DNA of 63,323 nucleotides, the filler included, from Salisapilia sapeloensis CBS 127946 (taxonomy: Eukaryota; Protista; Oomycota), in NCBI GenBank assembly GCA_023334545.1. It is 6 parts of 6 records of this genome, joined end to end, with 100 filler letters (N's around TTAATTAATTAA, not from the genome) between each part and the next. Parts side by side here need not be neighbours in the genome. Positions count along the whole stretch, not along the records: positions 22,451 to 47,539 come from JAADVB010000255.1; 5 more parts are not named here. One strand, written 5' to 3'. Position numbers and translations under genes: made by a program. Positions 23,148 through 33,544 of this stretch are shown here, in pieces. Under the pieces are notes generated by a model. It did no database searches. It saw nothing but the letters and a program-made list of their open reading frames with translations, and was not told the DNA's origin. Within the stretch, counting starts at the first letter, position 1; each line of letters starts with the position of its first letter.

Positions 23148-24677
23148 ATGACCTCCAAGTCTTCCGAATCGCAAAACGAGAGTACGCGTAGAGCGCTCGA
23201 GTCCAGTGGTGTCCACTTTCCCCAAGTCATTTCCTCGCCTAGTGACAAACGGTCGTGGGATGCATCACAATCGGAAGGGCTGAAGAATGCGAGCAATCAT
23301 CCGCAGTCGGCCGACAATTACGGCACGACGGATATCAATGTAGAAAAGCAGAGACTCAATACGATGGAGGACAGTAGTGGAGAGGATAATAAAATGCACA
23401 TAAGCAAAAGTGTCATCGTCTCGGCCATGGCGAATCTCAGCACAGCCTATAATCTAGCTGTGATCAATTATGCTATCCTTCTCATTGAGCAGAACTACCC
23501 TCCGACATCTCCAGAGCTTTCCTCCATGGTTGCATCCTGCTCGCTCGTAGGTGCCATCATGGGACAGTTATCCTTTGGATACATCGGCCATCTCATCGGT
23601 CGAAAGCGCGGCATGATCGCGACGCTATTGCTATCTATCTTGGGCGCATTATCCAGTGCTTTGCTACCATGGGGAGAATCGTCCATCTACTACATCCTTG
23701 CAGCGTGCAGGTTCATACTAGGCGTTGGCGTCGGTGGTGTCTACCCCCTCTCCGCGACGTCGGCAGCCGAGTCCAGTGACAACCAAGAGCGCAATAGCAA
23801 AGTCACAGCCGCTGTCTTTAGTTTCCAAGGCATTGGGCAGTTGCTAGCTCCTGGTATCACGTACATACTCTTACTATCCCCTCTGGATAGTGCATACGAA
23901 TGGAGGGTTTTGCTAGTAGTAGGCGCTCTACCTGGCCTGATCGTCCTCCAGAACGCTTTCCAAGCAACGGAAGCAGCATCAGACAACAGACAACAGAGTG
24001 TCAATCCGACGCAGGAAGGAGATACAGCAGAAGGAGAGAAGCAGCAGTGGCTGTGGTCACAATTACGGCAGGATGCGTACTTGCGAAAGCGGATGATTGG
24101 CGCTTGCCTCGGCTGGTTCGTCTTCGACTTGACCTTTTACGGGAACGTTATCTTTACACCAACAATCTTAGAAGACACGTTCGGATACGACAGAAGGCAC
24201 CTATCGACCATTGCCCTGTCATCAACCATCGTCGCTGCAGTCGCTTTACCCGGATACTTTATCTCTGTCTTTGCCGTTGGAAGACTGAGCTTCCGTATCA
24301 TTCAGATCAACGGTTTCGTCTGCATGGGCATCATCTTCTGCATCCTCGGCTTCTTTTACGAGCCTCTTTTGGCGGTCGATGAACTCATGCTCTCACTCTA
24401 CGCTTTAACTTTTTTCTTTGCTAATTTCGGTCCAAACGTATCGACCTTTAGTCTCCCAGCTCACATCTTTGAGAAAGATGTACGTGTGAAGCTAAATGGG
24501 ATAGCTGCTGCTGTCGGGAAAGTCGGTGCAGCACTTGGCGCAGGTATCTTTGGTCTGATGGAAGAAAGGTATGGCGTCAGTAGCGTCCTCGTCTTTAGTG
24601 GCGTCTTGTCACTACTTGGTGCAGTCATCACATATGCATTCATACCAACGAGGAAAGAGATGCAAATGCATCTGTAA
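23148..24677 (+). CDS. MFS phosphate:H+ symporter family transporter (PHO84/PHT1-like)
   Basis: 12 TM pattern; GQLSFGYIGHLIGRKR, RFILGVGVGGVYPLSAT, AVFSFQGIG, GWFVFDLTFYG and FFFANFGPNVSTF; substrate not proven. Confidence 0.85.
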   Translation: MTSKSSESQNESTRRALESSGVHFPQVISSPSDKRSWDASQSEGLKNASNHPQSADNYGTTDINVEKQRLNTMEDSSGEDNKMHISKSVIVSAMANLSTAYNLAVINYAILLIEQNYPPTSPELSSMVASCSLVGAIMGQLSFGYIGHLIGRKRGMIATLLLSILGALSSALLPWGESSIYYILAACRFILGVGVGGVYPLSATSAAESSDNQERNSKVTAAVFSFQGIGQLLAPGITYILLLSPLDSAYEWRVLLVVGALPGLIVLQNAFQATEAASDNRQQSVNPTQEGDTAEGEKQQWLWSQLRQDAYLRKRMIGACLGWFVFDLTFYGNVIFTPTILEDTFGYDRRHLSTIALSSTIVAAVALPGYFISVFAVGRLSFRIIQINGFVCMGIIFCILGFFYEPLLAVDELMLSLYALTFFFANFGPNVSTFSLPAHIFEKDVRVKLNGIAAAVGKVGAALGAGIFGLMEERYGVSSVLVFSGVLSLLGAVITYAFIPTRKEMQMHL

Positions 24678-24699
24678 AAAGGTTTCACATGTCCATTGT

Positions 24700-26230
24700 T
24701 CATTTTGACTTTCGAGCCAAGTTACGTTCTCGCTGTTGCTTTAGCTTCTCATTTTGTCTTGCTACCTCATCCTTGAAAGCTTTGTAGAGCTCCGTCGCGT
24801 CTTCCTTGTTTCCTCCACATACAGAAGTGAATCTCGCGACGGTGAACCTTGTTAGCATTCGACCGTCCATTCCACTCGCAAGGTTTCCAATGTACTTCCG
24901 AAACCTTCCTCGACGCACTTTGCCAAGCCATTGACGTACTTGGTCTACACCCCAGTCGCGTACTAAACAGACATATTCCTCTTCTCCATTCTCCTTGACA
25001 TCAGTGGTGTCGGTACGGATGTGAGGTGTCTCCATGAGCATGTGACTTGCTGCCTGTAGAGTTTGAAGCGTATGCTCTGTGTCGATGGACAGTGGGGAGA
25101 CAGTGGCAATGACACTCCCTTTGGCGTCTCGATGCCACAAACAGTCCTTGAGCAGACGTGTGAGGGCACTTGCTCGATACGGAACGTAGCTACTATTGAT
25201 ATTATCCTGCTTACTGATTGCTCGAATACATTCTTTCAAAGCAAGATGGCTTTTGTTGATTTCAATCGCTTCTTTACGACGAACAGCGTCATGATAAAAC
25301 GAATCTTCATTCCGTTCACTACCAGCAAGGTCAAGTAGTACCAACTGACCATACAGATCAGTCGTCGATGGATGATGCAAGTTTATGTAGCAAGCCAAGT
25401 GGGAACGAGAAGATTGGCTGTTGACTGCAGTGCCAACAGTTGCTCGAATCTCCTTCACATGTTCTAGCACGTCGAGTAGTGTCTGCCTGGAATCGACTTG
25501 TACTTGCGTCTGATGAAGAAGTTGGACTCGACCTTCTGAGTCTTCACAGAGCTTCAGGACAGAACTGTTTAAAAGAGGATCTGTGCACTTTGATCCAGCG
25601 ATTTCCACGGCAGAAACAGAAAAGGTAAAGTCGACGTTTTCGACTGGGGAAAGAAAGAGGTCGTCAGCGAGGTCTTGGAAGAAACCACTCATCGTGTACG
25701 TCTTCCCACTACCGGTTTGACCGTACATCATGCACACAGCCTTGCCTCCTTTCATAACATGATGAACAAGATCTTTGACAGCATCTTGATAGACTGTTGA
25801 AGTAGACGTATTCTCATCGTAGCACTTGGAGAAACGCTGGTGATGGGATACAACGTACTTGTGCCGCATGTCTGTTAATAGATCGTAAGATAGAAATGAA
25901 GCATGTAGAGAATGACACTTACCACTATACATTTTGCATTCATGAATGACAATCTCTTGACTATCGACGGAAGAAATGACGTCGAACTCGTGCTTTTGAT
26001 ATTCGTGGGGTAAGAGAGGACGTTTACGAATGTAGACCGAGATGTGTTCATTGTCATCTACTTCCGGAGTCGAGCTTTCTTTTATGCTTTTATCACTCTT
26101 GTATTGTTTCCGGAGAGAAATTAGTGTCCGTTGAAAGTCTGCGGAGTGTAGCTTTCTCGCCGTACTAGACACTTGCAAGTGAGTCGAGCTATGTCAACTG
26201 GGATGCAATATGTCTACCGTTTATCGACAT
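24700..26230 (-). CDS. Kinesin motor protein (kinesin-13-like) with C-terminal SAM-like domain
   Basis: VYIRKRPL, P-loop GQTGSGKT, switch I NSQSSRSH, switch II DLAGSER, INKSHLALKECIRA (KEC motif); SAM-like WGVDQVRQWL...MDGRML; probable short first exon MSIN at 26230 and a 51-nt intron at 25872-25922. Confidence 0.9.
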
Positions 26231-26462
26231 TCTCCCCTTCACGACGCCATTGGTTCTGAGGAATCATGACTACGCTGCGCGTATTCAGGAGAGTCAATAG
26301 AGAAAGGTATGAATGCCACGATAGGGAGTTTTAAAATTCAAATTTGATTCGCTTTGTAATCAGATCTGAGTTGCATCGAGTAGCGCGTGATGGGGAATGG
26401 AAATCAAATGATAGATGCTTGCATGTACGAATGTCTCGTGAATAGTCGCCCTTGGTAGCTGC

Positions 26463-27218
26463 TTAGTCCAGTGTACCGGACACTGCACCAACGTAGACTT
26501 CAGGATCGCTGGCTTTGCTCTTGAGGTAGCAAGCCGGTTGACCCGGATTCGAGTTGATGTACGTGTACGCCTTGCATCCCTTCGTTTTTGCACACTCATC
26601 ACAACAGTCGTTCGGATGGCTCACGTACACTGTCTTTAAGTCATTGCCATAGTAGTCCGCGTCTGTCTCTTGTTTCGAGCACTTGCCGGGAGTCGGGGTG
26701 CACTGCGCGAAGCCTGGATTCCAAGGCTGGCAATAGAAATCGTCCGGGCAGCAAGCTCTCTCACCCGAACTGCCACAAGAGTCATACTTTGGAGTCTCAC
26801 ACGTGTTACCCGATCCAGACGTATCCAATTTACCAGACACAGCCCCAACTTTTTCTGTCGCTCCATCTGCAGACGACTTGAGGTAGCAAGCTGGACCGTT
26901 CGAATCCGTGTTCACAAACGTGTAGGCAACACATCCGTCCGTTGCAGCGCATTGCGTGCAGCACTCACTCGGCAGAATCTGGTATATCGTCTTGATATCG
27001 TTCCCATAGTAGTCGACGTTCGTCTCTTGCTCCGGGCATGACGGCGGAGTGTCCATGCATTGATAAAAGTTGCTGTCCCATGGCATGCAGTAGTATCCAT
27101 CCGTGCAGCAGTCGAACCCGTTGCTGTCACCACAAGACTGCCATGCATCCGTACAAGCATACGAAGTAGCTGCCAGCGCAGACGACAGGATGAAGAAAAG
27201 TTGATAAGCAATAAACAT
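26463..27218 (-). CDS. CBEL: CBEL-like cellulose-binding elicitor lectin: signal peptide plus 2x (CBM1 + PAN/Apple)
   Basis: CBM1 WQSCG..CCTDGYYCMPWDSNFYQC and YDSCG..CCPDDFYCQPWNPGFAQC, each followed by a PAN domain (DYYGND...CC..C....GC.AYT...CYLKS). Confidence 0.92.
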   Translation of the reverse strand: MFIAYQLFFILSSALAATSYACTDAWQSCGDSNGFDCCTDGYYCMPWDSNFYQCMDTPPSCPEQETNVDYYGNDIKTIYQILPSECCTQCAATDGCVAYTFVNTDSNGPACYLKSSADGATEKVGAVSGKLDTSGSGNTCETPKYDSCGSSGERACCPDDFYCQPWNPGFAQCTPTPGKCSKQETDADYYGNDLKTVYVSHPNDCCDECAKTKGCKAYTYINSNPGQPACYLKSKASDPEVYVGAVSGTLD

Positions 27219-27756
27219 GCTAGGAGCGGACTTGAGCACTTGGCGTCGAGTTTAAGAATGAAAGCTCTGTACAACACCGACGGTTGACTATAAATTTTGG
27301 CATCTAGATGCAAAATCGTTGAGCTGGATACGCTGCAAGACGCTCATTGAAGATATATTGGATAAAAGGGGAGATGAGGCAAGCTGCGGATTAGCTTCAA
27401 GCAAGATCTCGAACAAAGTGGTCGGTTGGCAGCATAGACGGACACAACTTCAACGTTAGCAACGGTTCAAGATCGTCCTTCCAGTGTTCGCAACCAATTC
27501 GTCCAAGTCTATTCGCTTAAACTCTGCGACCATCCCGTTTATGTCCGGAAACGTTGACGAGATGTACCCAGTGCAGTTGGTGCTGTTTCTCCATGAGCAT
27601 GCTCCATAGCACGCCGGGGCAGTTGAGCGTACATGATTGGCAGATACTCCGATCTTATGCGACTTGTGATTGGCTATAAAGATTGTGAAGAGAAGAGAAA
27701 TCTCTGGCGCTCAGCCCCTTCAAAATTGTTCATCGTCCGAAACTCGATATTGATCG

Positions 27757-29592
27757 ATGGAGGAGCAACCTCCGAGTCCTAATACCTCGTCGCTTCCTGA
27801 TGGTGTTGCTATCGCGTCGACCGATAGCAATGTTCACCCGCAAGGTATGGAGATGCCGACAGGGGATCTGGCTTCGGATTTAATGAAAACGAAGAAACCA
27901 AAGGGCAAGCGTAAACGTAGCTCCGGCTCGGGCAACTTGACTGTCGAGCAAAAGCGACGTATTTGTGAAAAGCACCGGTCGACGCCGAAAATCACGCAAA
28001 AGGATTTATGCCGATGGGCCAAGCTCGAGTTTAATCTGGAAAAGGGGCCAAAGCAACCGACCATGTCGAACATCCTGAAGAACGAGAAAATGTACCGAGA
28101 TCCGGTTGGCGGTGTCTTGGATGCGAACAGGAAGACGATCCGAAGTACCCAAAACTCCTTCTTTGATCAAGTGCTGGCCAACTGGGTCATGGAACGACAG
28201 GCCCAAGGCACTGTTACGGGGGACATGATCAAAAACAAAGGTCGAGAACTGTCGAAACAAATGAACCTGCCAAACAAACTCAAGTTCTCCAACGGCTGGC
28301 TTGCTTCCTTCAAGGCACGCCACGGTCTAACGGGAAAGCAGGCACAATCCAGTGCCTCAAATGTCCCATTTGCACCCAACGATTCGATCCTCGGGGGCGA
28401 CCTCTCGAGCAACTTGTTGACGGAACCTCAATGCATGTTGCCCCTCGTATCCAGTGACCTGTCTCTGGAACAACTTCAAGATGCACTAAGGGCGTATGAA
28501 CCTTCGGATATCTATACGGTAGATGAAACAGCGCTTTTCTTCCGCATTGCCCCAGACAAGCTGGCATCAAGTGACGGTCAACGAAATGCTCAATTGGCCG
28601 ATGAGCCGAAGTTAGTAGCTATCCTGGCGTCCAATGCAGACGGAAGTGATCGGCTTGCACCGTATATCATCGGAGATACACTTGCCCCTGCTTCTCTTCG
28701 AGATGCATCTATGTGGCAACTTGGGTACCACTACATTAGTAGTGGTCGCGCGCGCATGACGATCTTAATCTTCCAACAATGGCTACGTGATTTTAATGCT
28801 CGCATGGCGAGTGCACACCGACACGTCGTGTTGCTCATGGACAGCGCACCATCCCACGTTCCATCGTCGGTGGCCCTTTCAAACGTCCGAGTTGTCGTCT
28901 TTAACAACCAGATCGGCGTGAAAGTCCAACCGATGCGAGCTGGAATCTTGTCTGCTTTCAAGTCGCGTTATCGTCTAAAGCACTTGATGACAGCGATCGA
29001 CCGGAAAGAAGATGGACTCGAGGACATTTACTATGTGACGCAGTTGCAAGCGATGCGTTGGATTGGCGAGTCGTGGCGGCAACTTGCAAAGGAAACGCTT
29101 GCCGCAGCGTGGAAACCTTTGGGCATTACTACTCCGTTGCCCTTTGACCCATCTGCTGTCGGTGAAACGTCTGAAGGGGAAATGAACAAGGAGAAGGAGG
29201 TTGGCAACCTGGATAAGAACCTGGAAGAGGAGTTATGGGGTCAACTCTATTGCTTGCAACTGACAGGTGTGGTGACGACCAAGTCACTCGTGAATTCCCG
29301 ATGGGAAAGCGACATTCACAAGCGATTCAACGAAGAGTGTTTGACGGATCCGCAGGTGAAGGAAGAAGAGTATCGTGTCCTCGACACATCTGCTGCCGTT
29401 CCACAAGAGACGGATGTCCATGCACCTGTGTCTGGTAAAGACCTAGTAAAATCATTTCGAGATGTCATTCGGTATTTGGAGCAAGGCGCTGAAGCAGGAA
29501 AAGATCCGAGTGCTGCATCAGTAGTGGAGTATTTGAAGAAAAAGCGAATGACCGTCCGCTTTGACTTGGCGAGTGCGAATGTCGCCATCTAA
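27757..29592 (+). CDS. CENP-B/pogo (Tc5)-like protein: two HTH domains plus DDE_1 domain; probably a domesticated transposase
   Basis: LTVEQKRRIC...QPTMSNILKN; FSNGWLASFKARHGL; VDETALFF; LLMDSAPSH; QPMRAGIL (third Asp absent); no TIRs seen. Confidence 0.88.
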   Translation: MEEQPPSPNTSSLPDGVAIASTDSNVHPQGMEMPTGDLASDLMKTKKPKGKRKRSSGSGNLTVEQKRRICEKHRSTPKITQKDLCRWAKLEFNLEKGPKQPTMSNILKNEKMYRDPVGGVLDANRKTIRSTQNSFFDQVLANWVMERQAQGTVTGDMIKNKGRELSKQMNLPNKLKFSNGWLASFKARHGLTGKQAQSSASNVPFAPNDSILGGDLSSNLLTEPQCMLPLVSSDLSLEQLQDALRAYEPSDIYTVDETALFFRIAPDKLASSDGQRNAQLADEPKLVAILASNADGSDRLAPYIIGDTLAPASLRDASMWQLGYHYISSGRARMTILIFQQWLRDFNARMASAHRHVVLLMDSAPSHVPSSVALSNVRVVVFNNQIGVKVQPMRAGILSAFKSRYRLKHLMTAIDRKEDGLEDIYYVTQLQAMRWIGESWRQLAKETLAAAWKPLGITTPLPFDPSAVGETSEGEMNKEKEVGNLDKNLEEELWGQLYCLQLTGVVTTKSLVNSRWESDIHKRFNEECLTDPQVKEEEYRVLDTSAAVPQETDVHAPVSGKDLVKSFRDVIRYLEQGAEAGKDPSAASVVEYLKKKRMTVRFDLASANVAI

Positions 29593-29622
29593 TTTCCATC
29601 CAACACGTCGTTCATGTTTTTG

Positions 29623-31569
29623 TTAAAGTGGTTTTTCTTCCGTTTGCTTTGGTGCCGTGTCAAAGAACTCTTGCAGTCGGTCCCGCGGAATGAAGAGCTT
29701 GTAATGATATTGGCCCGAGTACGCATCCCTATGGGTCGTCATCTCATCCATACGAAAGAGTTTCCGAATTGTCGCGTCATCCAAGTCAATCTGGTCTAAC
29801 ACAGGGTTGCCATGGTACACTAGGAACTCCATCGCTGGCGTCTTGATCTTGCCACTGTCCACTCGCTCGCGCACACCATGGATGACGCGTCGGATCGTAT
29901 AGCTCCGGACATTGTGGTGCATCATCGATCGAAGGTCGTACGTGTACGTTTTCTTCGATTCATCAAAAACGTTGTTGAACGCACCATGAGTCCATGCAGA
30001 CTTGTACAAGTCATCTAACATATTCATCCGACCTTGTTGCAGTAACGAGCTCATGAGGAAAGATGTCGTGTCCAAAGCCAGGGCAAACGAGCTACCGTCC
30101 GCATGATCTTTTCGAACGCGATGAAGCGGCAACTGGTCACCGATTAAGACTTCAAACGCCATCTCCGGATGCCGCTTCTTTACGCACGTACGCACGAGAA
30201 CATCTAAGACACGATCATCCGGCGATAGTCCCAAGCGAAGCATCTCCCGCCATAGATACACCGCTCTTCCACAATGATCTTCTTCATGCAGACGTCGGAA
30301 GAAGGCTTCAATTACACCTTTACTTTCATCATCTTTCCCGTGCGGAAACAGCGTTCGACGGACTCCATTCGGATGGATGTAAGCTGCGAGACCCATAGAA
30401 CCGACGAGCGACGAACAGAAGAGAGCAGTGAGCCAATGATCCTCTAGGTTTAGGAAGGGCAAGCAGGCAGCCCCAAGACCTCCGACCCCTGCCATACTCC
30501 ACTTGACTTTAGCTTCATTCATTTTTTCGATTTCTCCGTGGTAGACCGCGTGCATCATGGTGAAGAACGTGACGTGGTCCGGTGTGATGCCATTTCGTTT
30601 CATCTCTTCATAGTATTCGAACGCTACTTTAAGCTCGTGGGCACGACCACAGGCCTTGAGTAGCGTATTATACAATACGGTGGACGGTTGCATGCCGTCC
30701 GTCTTCTTTACTTTGTCCATGAGTTCCTTGACTTTTGCCAAATCACCTTGTTCCGAGTATACATGCATCAAAATCGCGTACGAGTGTTCCTCTGGCGGAA
30801 ACCCATCGTCCTGCATTTGTTCAAATAGTTCTAGTACTTTATCCGCTTGGCCTGCTCGAGCATAGGCCGACATGAGGTTATGATACGCATGCTGGTTCAT
30901 CTCCGTCGCACTCTTTTTCATCTCGTCAATCGTCCTCTGCGCTCGTTTCGAGTCCCCTGCCTCTGCATGCATCGCCACCACAGCCGAGTAGACTGCTTTA
31001 TTCGGGATCGTACCAAGAGCCTTTGCCTTCGTGAAGATCTCATCTCCCTTCTGTGGCGCCTTGAGACTCGTGCAGGACTGGAGGACGGGCAGTAGGACTG
31101 GATTCGTGAGGAAAAAGTCTTTCTTTAACAATTTCTCCGTGAAGCTGACTACTTGCTGGTGCCTTCCAAGTGCATGGAGGATACGAACCACTTCGACACT
31201 TGCATTTCCATGGATCCGATCAGCATTTGCAATCGACTGGCAGACCGGTAGTGCCGCCACATGCAATTCATGCGTAGTCGCAGCATGTAGAACAGTTGCT
31301 GCTGCATTCAAGAACTTGCCGTCAGGCTCAAAGCCTTGCTTCTTAGTTTTTGACGCCAAGTCCAGTAGCTCTCCTGCTGTCTTCTTCCTCTCTTTGGCCG
31401 ATTGCTGCGGTTTCACCGATCGAGGACGTAGACTCCCATCTTTCTCAATCGCAAATGAACCTGGTGCATGTTTGCTATTCCACTTTTGTTTCTTCACATA
31501 CGCTCTCGTCGCATATGAACGAGTACTAGCGACACGCAGCGCACTCGACAGTAGCGCTCGACCCACCAT
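29623..31569 (-). CDS. Pentatricopeptide repeat protein, predicted mitochondrial
   Basis: Arg/Ser-rich presequence (MVGRALLSSALRVASTRSY); tandem 35-aa PPR motifs (AVYSAVVAMHA, HAYHNLMSAYA, HSYAILMHVYS, VLYNTLLKACG, VTFFTMMHA). Confidence 0.9.
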   Translation of the reverse strand: MVGRALLSSALRVASTRSYATRAYVKKQKWNSKHAPGSFAIEKDGSLRPRSVKPQQSAKERKKTAGELLDLASKTKKQGFEPDGKFLNAAATVLHAATTHELHVAALPVCQSIANADRIHGNASVEVVRILHALGRHQQVVSFTEKLLKKDFFLTNPVLLPVLQSCTSLKAPQKGDEIFTKAKALGTIPNKAVYSAVVAMHAEAGDSKRAQRTIDEMKKSATEMNQHAYHNLMSAYARAGQADKVLELFEQMQDDGFPPEEHSYAILMHVYSEQGDLAKVKELMDKVKKTDGMQPSTVLYNTLLKACGRAHELKVAFEYYEEMKRNGITPDHVTFFTMMHAVYHGEIEKMNEAKVKWSMAGVGGLGAACLPFLNLEDHWLTALFCSSLVGSMGLAAYIHPNGVRRTLFPHGKDDESKGVIEAFFRRLHEEDHCGRAVYLWREMLRLGLSPDDRVLDVLVRTCVKKRHPEMAFEVLIGDQLPLHRVRKDHADGSSFALALDTTSFLMSSLLQQGRMNMLDDLYKSAWTHGAFNNVFDESKKTYTYDLRSMMHHNVRSYTIRRVIHGVRERVDSGKIKTPAMEFLVYHGNPVLDQIDLDDATIRKLFRMDEMTTHRDAYSGQYHYKLFIPRDRLQEFFDTAPKQTEEKPL

Positions 31570-31710
31570 TTCTATCACTCCGAACGTTGGCTACATAAAT
31601 TCTACACCACAAACCAGTCCACCAATTCACTTGATTTCACTATACACTCGACAACAAATGACACCATTTACATCGTTTCTGACAACGAGAGGATCAGGTG
31701 CATTGACAGC

Positions 31711-33513
31711 ATGCTTGCACCCAAGTCGTTCTTGTTGCAGCGAGTGAAAGCAGACAAGGACCTGGCAAAGGATGGTGGAGGTCCTCCACGGTCTGGTTTT
31801 AGCTGGATGCTTGCTCTGAGAGAGGAAGCTGTGCCTATGAGCTTTGGTGTTATTGGAATGACTGCAGCTTCAGGGATGAATCTTGCTTTTCCGAAAATAA
31901 TTGGAAAAGCTATTGACGTGGCGAGCGGTAGTCCACCACCATATGAGCTTACTCGCAAGGGCTTTGTTACTGCCGTGCTTGTGATCTTTGCTGCAGGTTC
32001 GTTCGGATCCTTCCTACGGACGTACTCGTTAGGCATGGCCGCCGAGCGTATCGCTGCGAAACTACGTCGACGTCTGTATAAAGCTGTCTTGAGTCAAGAG
32101 ATCCCGTTTTTCCATGAACGCAAGGTTGGTGAGCTTGTCTCGAGACTCAGCAACGACTGTACCGTGACAGCCAACATGATCGTCGACGTCCTGGCCAACG
32201 GCTACCGCTCTCTCAATTCTGCCATCGGAGCATCTTGCATGCTCCTTACGATTTCTCCAAAACTCACGCTCGTATCACTCTCCATCGTACCTTTAGTAGG
32301 TGCTGGTGCGATGATCTTTAGTAAATTCTCCAGCTCCTTGGCACAAAAGCAGCAGAACGCCATTGCAGACATGTCTGCCATCTCCGAAGAGCGTCTACAG
32401 AACATTTATACCGTCAAACTCTTTGCTGCTGAAGCATCTGAGCTATCAACCTTTGACGATGCGAATGTCTCGATCCTCTCTCGTGCATCCCTAGCGAAAC
32501 AAGCAAAAGGTGTATTCATGGGCGGACTCGCCTTTTCCGTTAACTGTTCTCTCTTCTCCGTCCTCTACTTTGGTGGATCTCTCATCGCATCCAACGAACT
32601 GACTGTCGGTTCGCTCACGTCCTTTGCTCTCTACTCTGGTTTCATGGGTCTCGGATTCTCGTCTCTCGCCTCATGCTTTGGAGAAGTGAGACGAGCGAAA
32701 GAAAGCTCCAAAGCTCTCTTCGATCTCATTGAGAGTATGCCAGAAGATAGAGAAGAAGGGAAGGTCCTTCCGACTGTCCAAGGACATCTATGCTTCGATC
32801 ATGTCCAGTTCTCGTACCCGACACGAAAGGAGATCACTGTCCTGTCGGATGTGAACTTTGAGGTTGGACAAGGAGAAGTCGTCGCGATCGTCGGGACGAG
32901 TGGAGCTGGTAAGTCTACCATCGCTTCCTTACTCTCCAAGCTCTTGATCCCGACAAAAGGTCGCATCCTCCTCGATGGCGTCGACACGAAGGAACTAGAC
33001 ACGATGTGGCTACGTAAACAGATTGGAGTAGTAAACCAGGAGCCATCGCTCTTTGCTACGTCTGTGCAAGAGAACATCATGTACGGAGCTTCTACGAAAG
33101 ACATGCAGAAGATGCTATCAGCAGCACAACTTGCCTATGCCGATGACTTTATCCGCGCCATGCCCAAGCAGTATGAAACGTTTGTAGGTGAAAAAGGATT
33201 CGAACTATCCGGTGGACAAAAGCAACGGATTGCCATTGCGAGAGCCTTGTACAGGGACAGCCGCGTGCTTTTGTTTGATGAAGCCACGAGCTCTTTGGAT
33301 ACACAGAGTGAAGAAGCGATTCGTAAAGCCTTATTCTCTGCGTCGAAAGACCGGACGGTGTTCATCATTGCGCATCGACTGTCGACAATCCGACAGGCTG
33401 ATCGAGTCATGGTCTTAGATGATGGTGTCATTGCTGAATCTGGAACCTTTGACGAGTTGAATCAAGAAGGAACGAAGTTTCATGCACTTGTCCATCGCCA
33501 TGGACAGTTCTAA
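31711..33513 (+). CDS. ABC transporter subfamily B half-transporter (ABCB10/MDL1-like)
   Basis: TMD followed by an NBD with Walker A GTSGAGKS, signature LSGGQKQR, Walker B LLFDEATSSLD and H-loop IAHRLST. Confidence 0.93.
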   Translation: MLAPKSFLLQRVKADKDLAKDGGGPPRSGFSWMLALREEAVPMSFGVIGMTAASGMNLAFPKIIGKAIDVASGSPPPYELTRKGFVTAVLVIFAAGSFGSFLRTYSLGMAAERIAAKLRRRLYKAVLSQEIPFFHERKVGELVSRLSNDCTVTANMIVDVLANGYRSLNSAIGASCMLLTISPKLTLVSLSIVPLVGAGAMIFSKFSSSLAQKQQNAIADMSAISEERLQNIYTVKLFAAEASELSTFDDANVSILSRASLAKQAKGVFMGGLAFSVNCSLFSVLYFGGSLIASNELTVGSLTSFALYSGFMGLGFSSLASCFGEVRRAKESSKALFDLIESMPEDREEGKVLPTVQGHLCFDHVQFSYPTRKEITVLSDVNFEVGQGEVVAIVGTSGAGKSTIASLLSKLLIPTKGRILLDGVDTKELDTMWLRKQIGVVNQEPSLFATSVQENIMYGASTKDMQKMLSAAQLAYADDFIRAMPKQYETFVGEKGFELSGGQKQRIAIARALYRDSRVLLFDEATSSLDTQSEEAIRKALFSASKDRTVFIIAHRLSTIRQADRVMVLDDGVIAESGTFDELNQEGTKFHALVHRHGQF

Positions 33514-33544
33514 GAAAGAAAGAGATTGGTTTGTTCGTTTCGAG

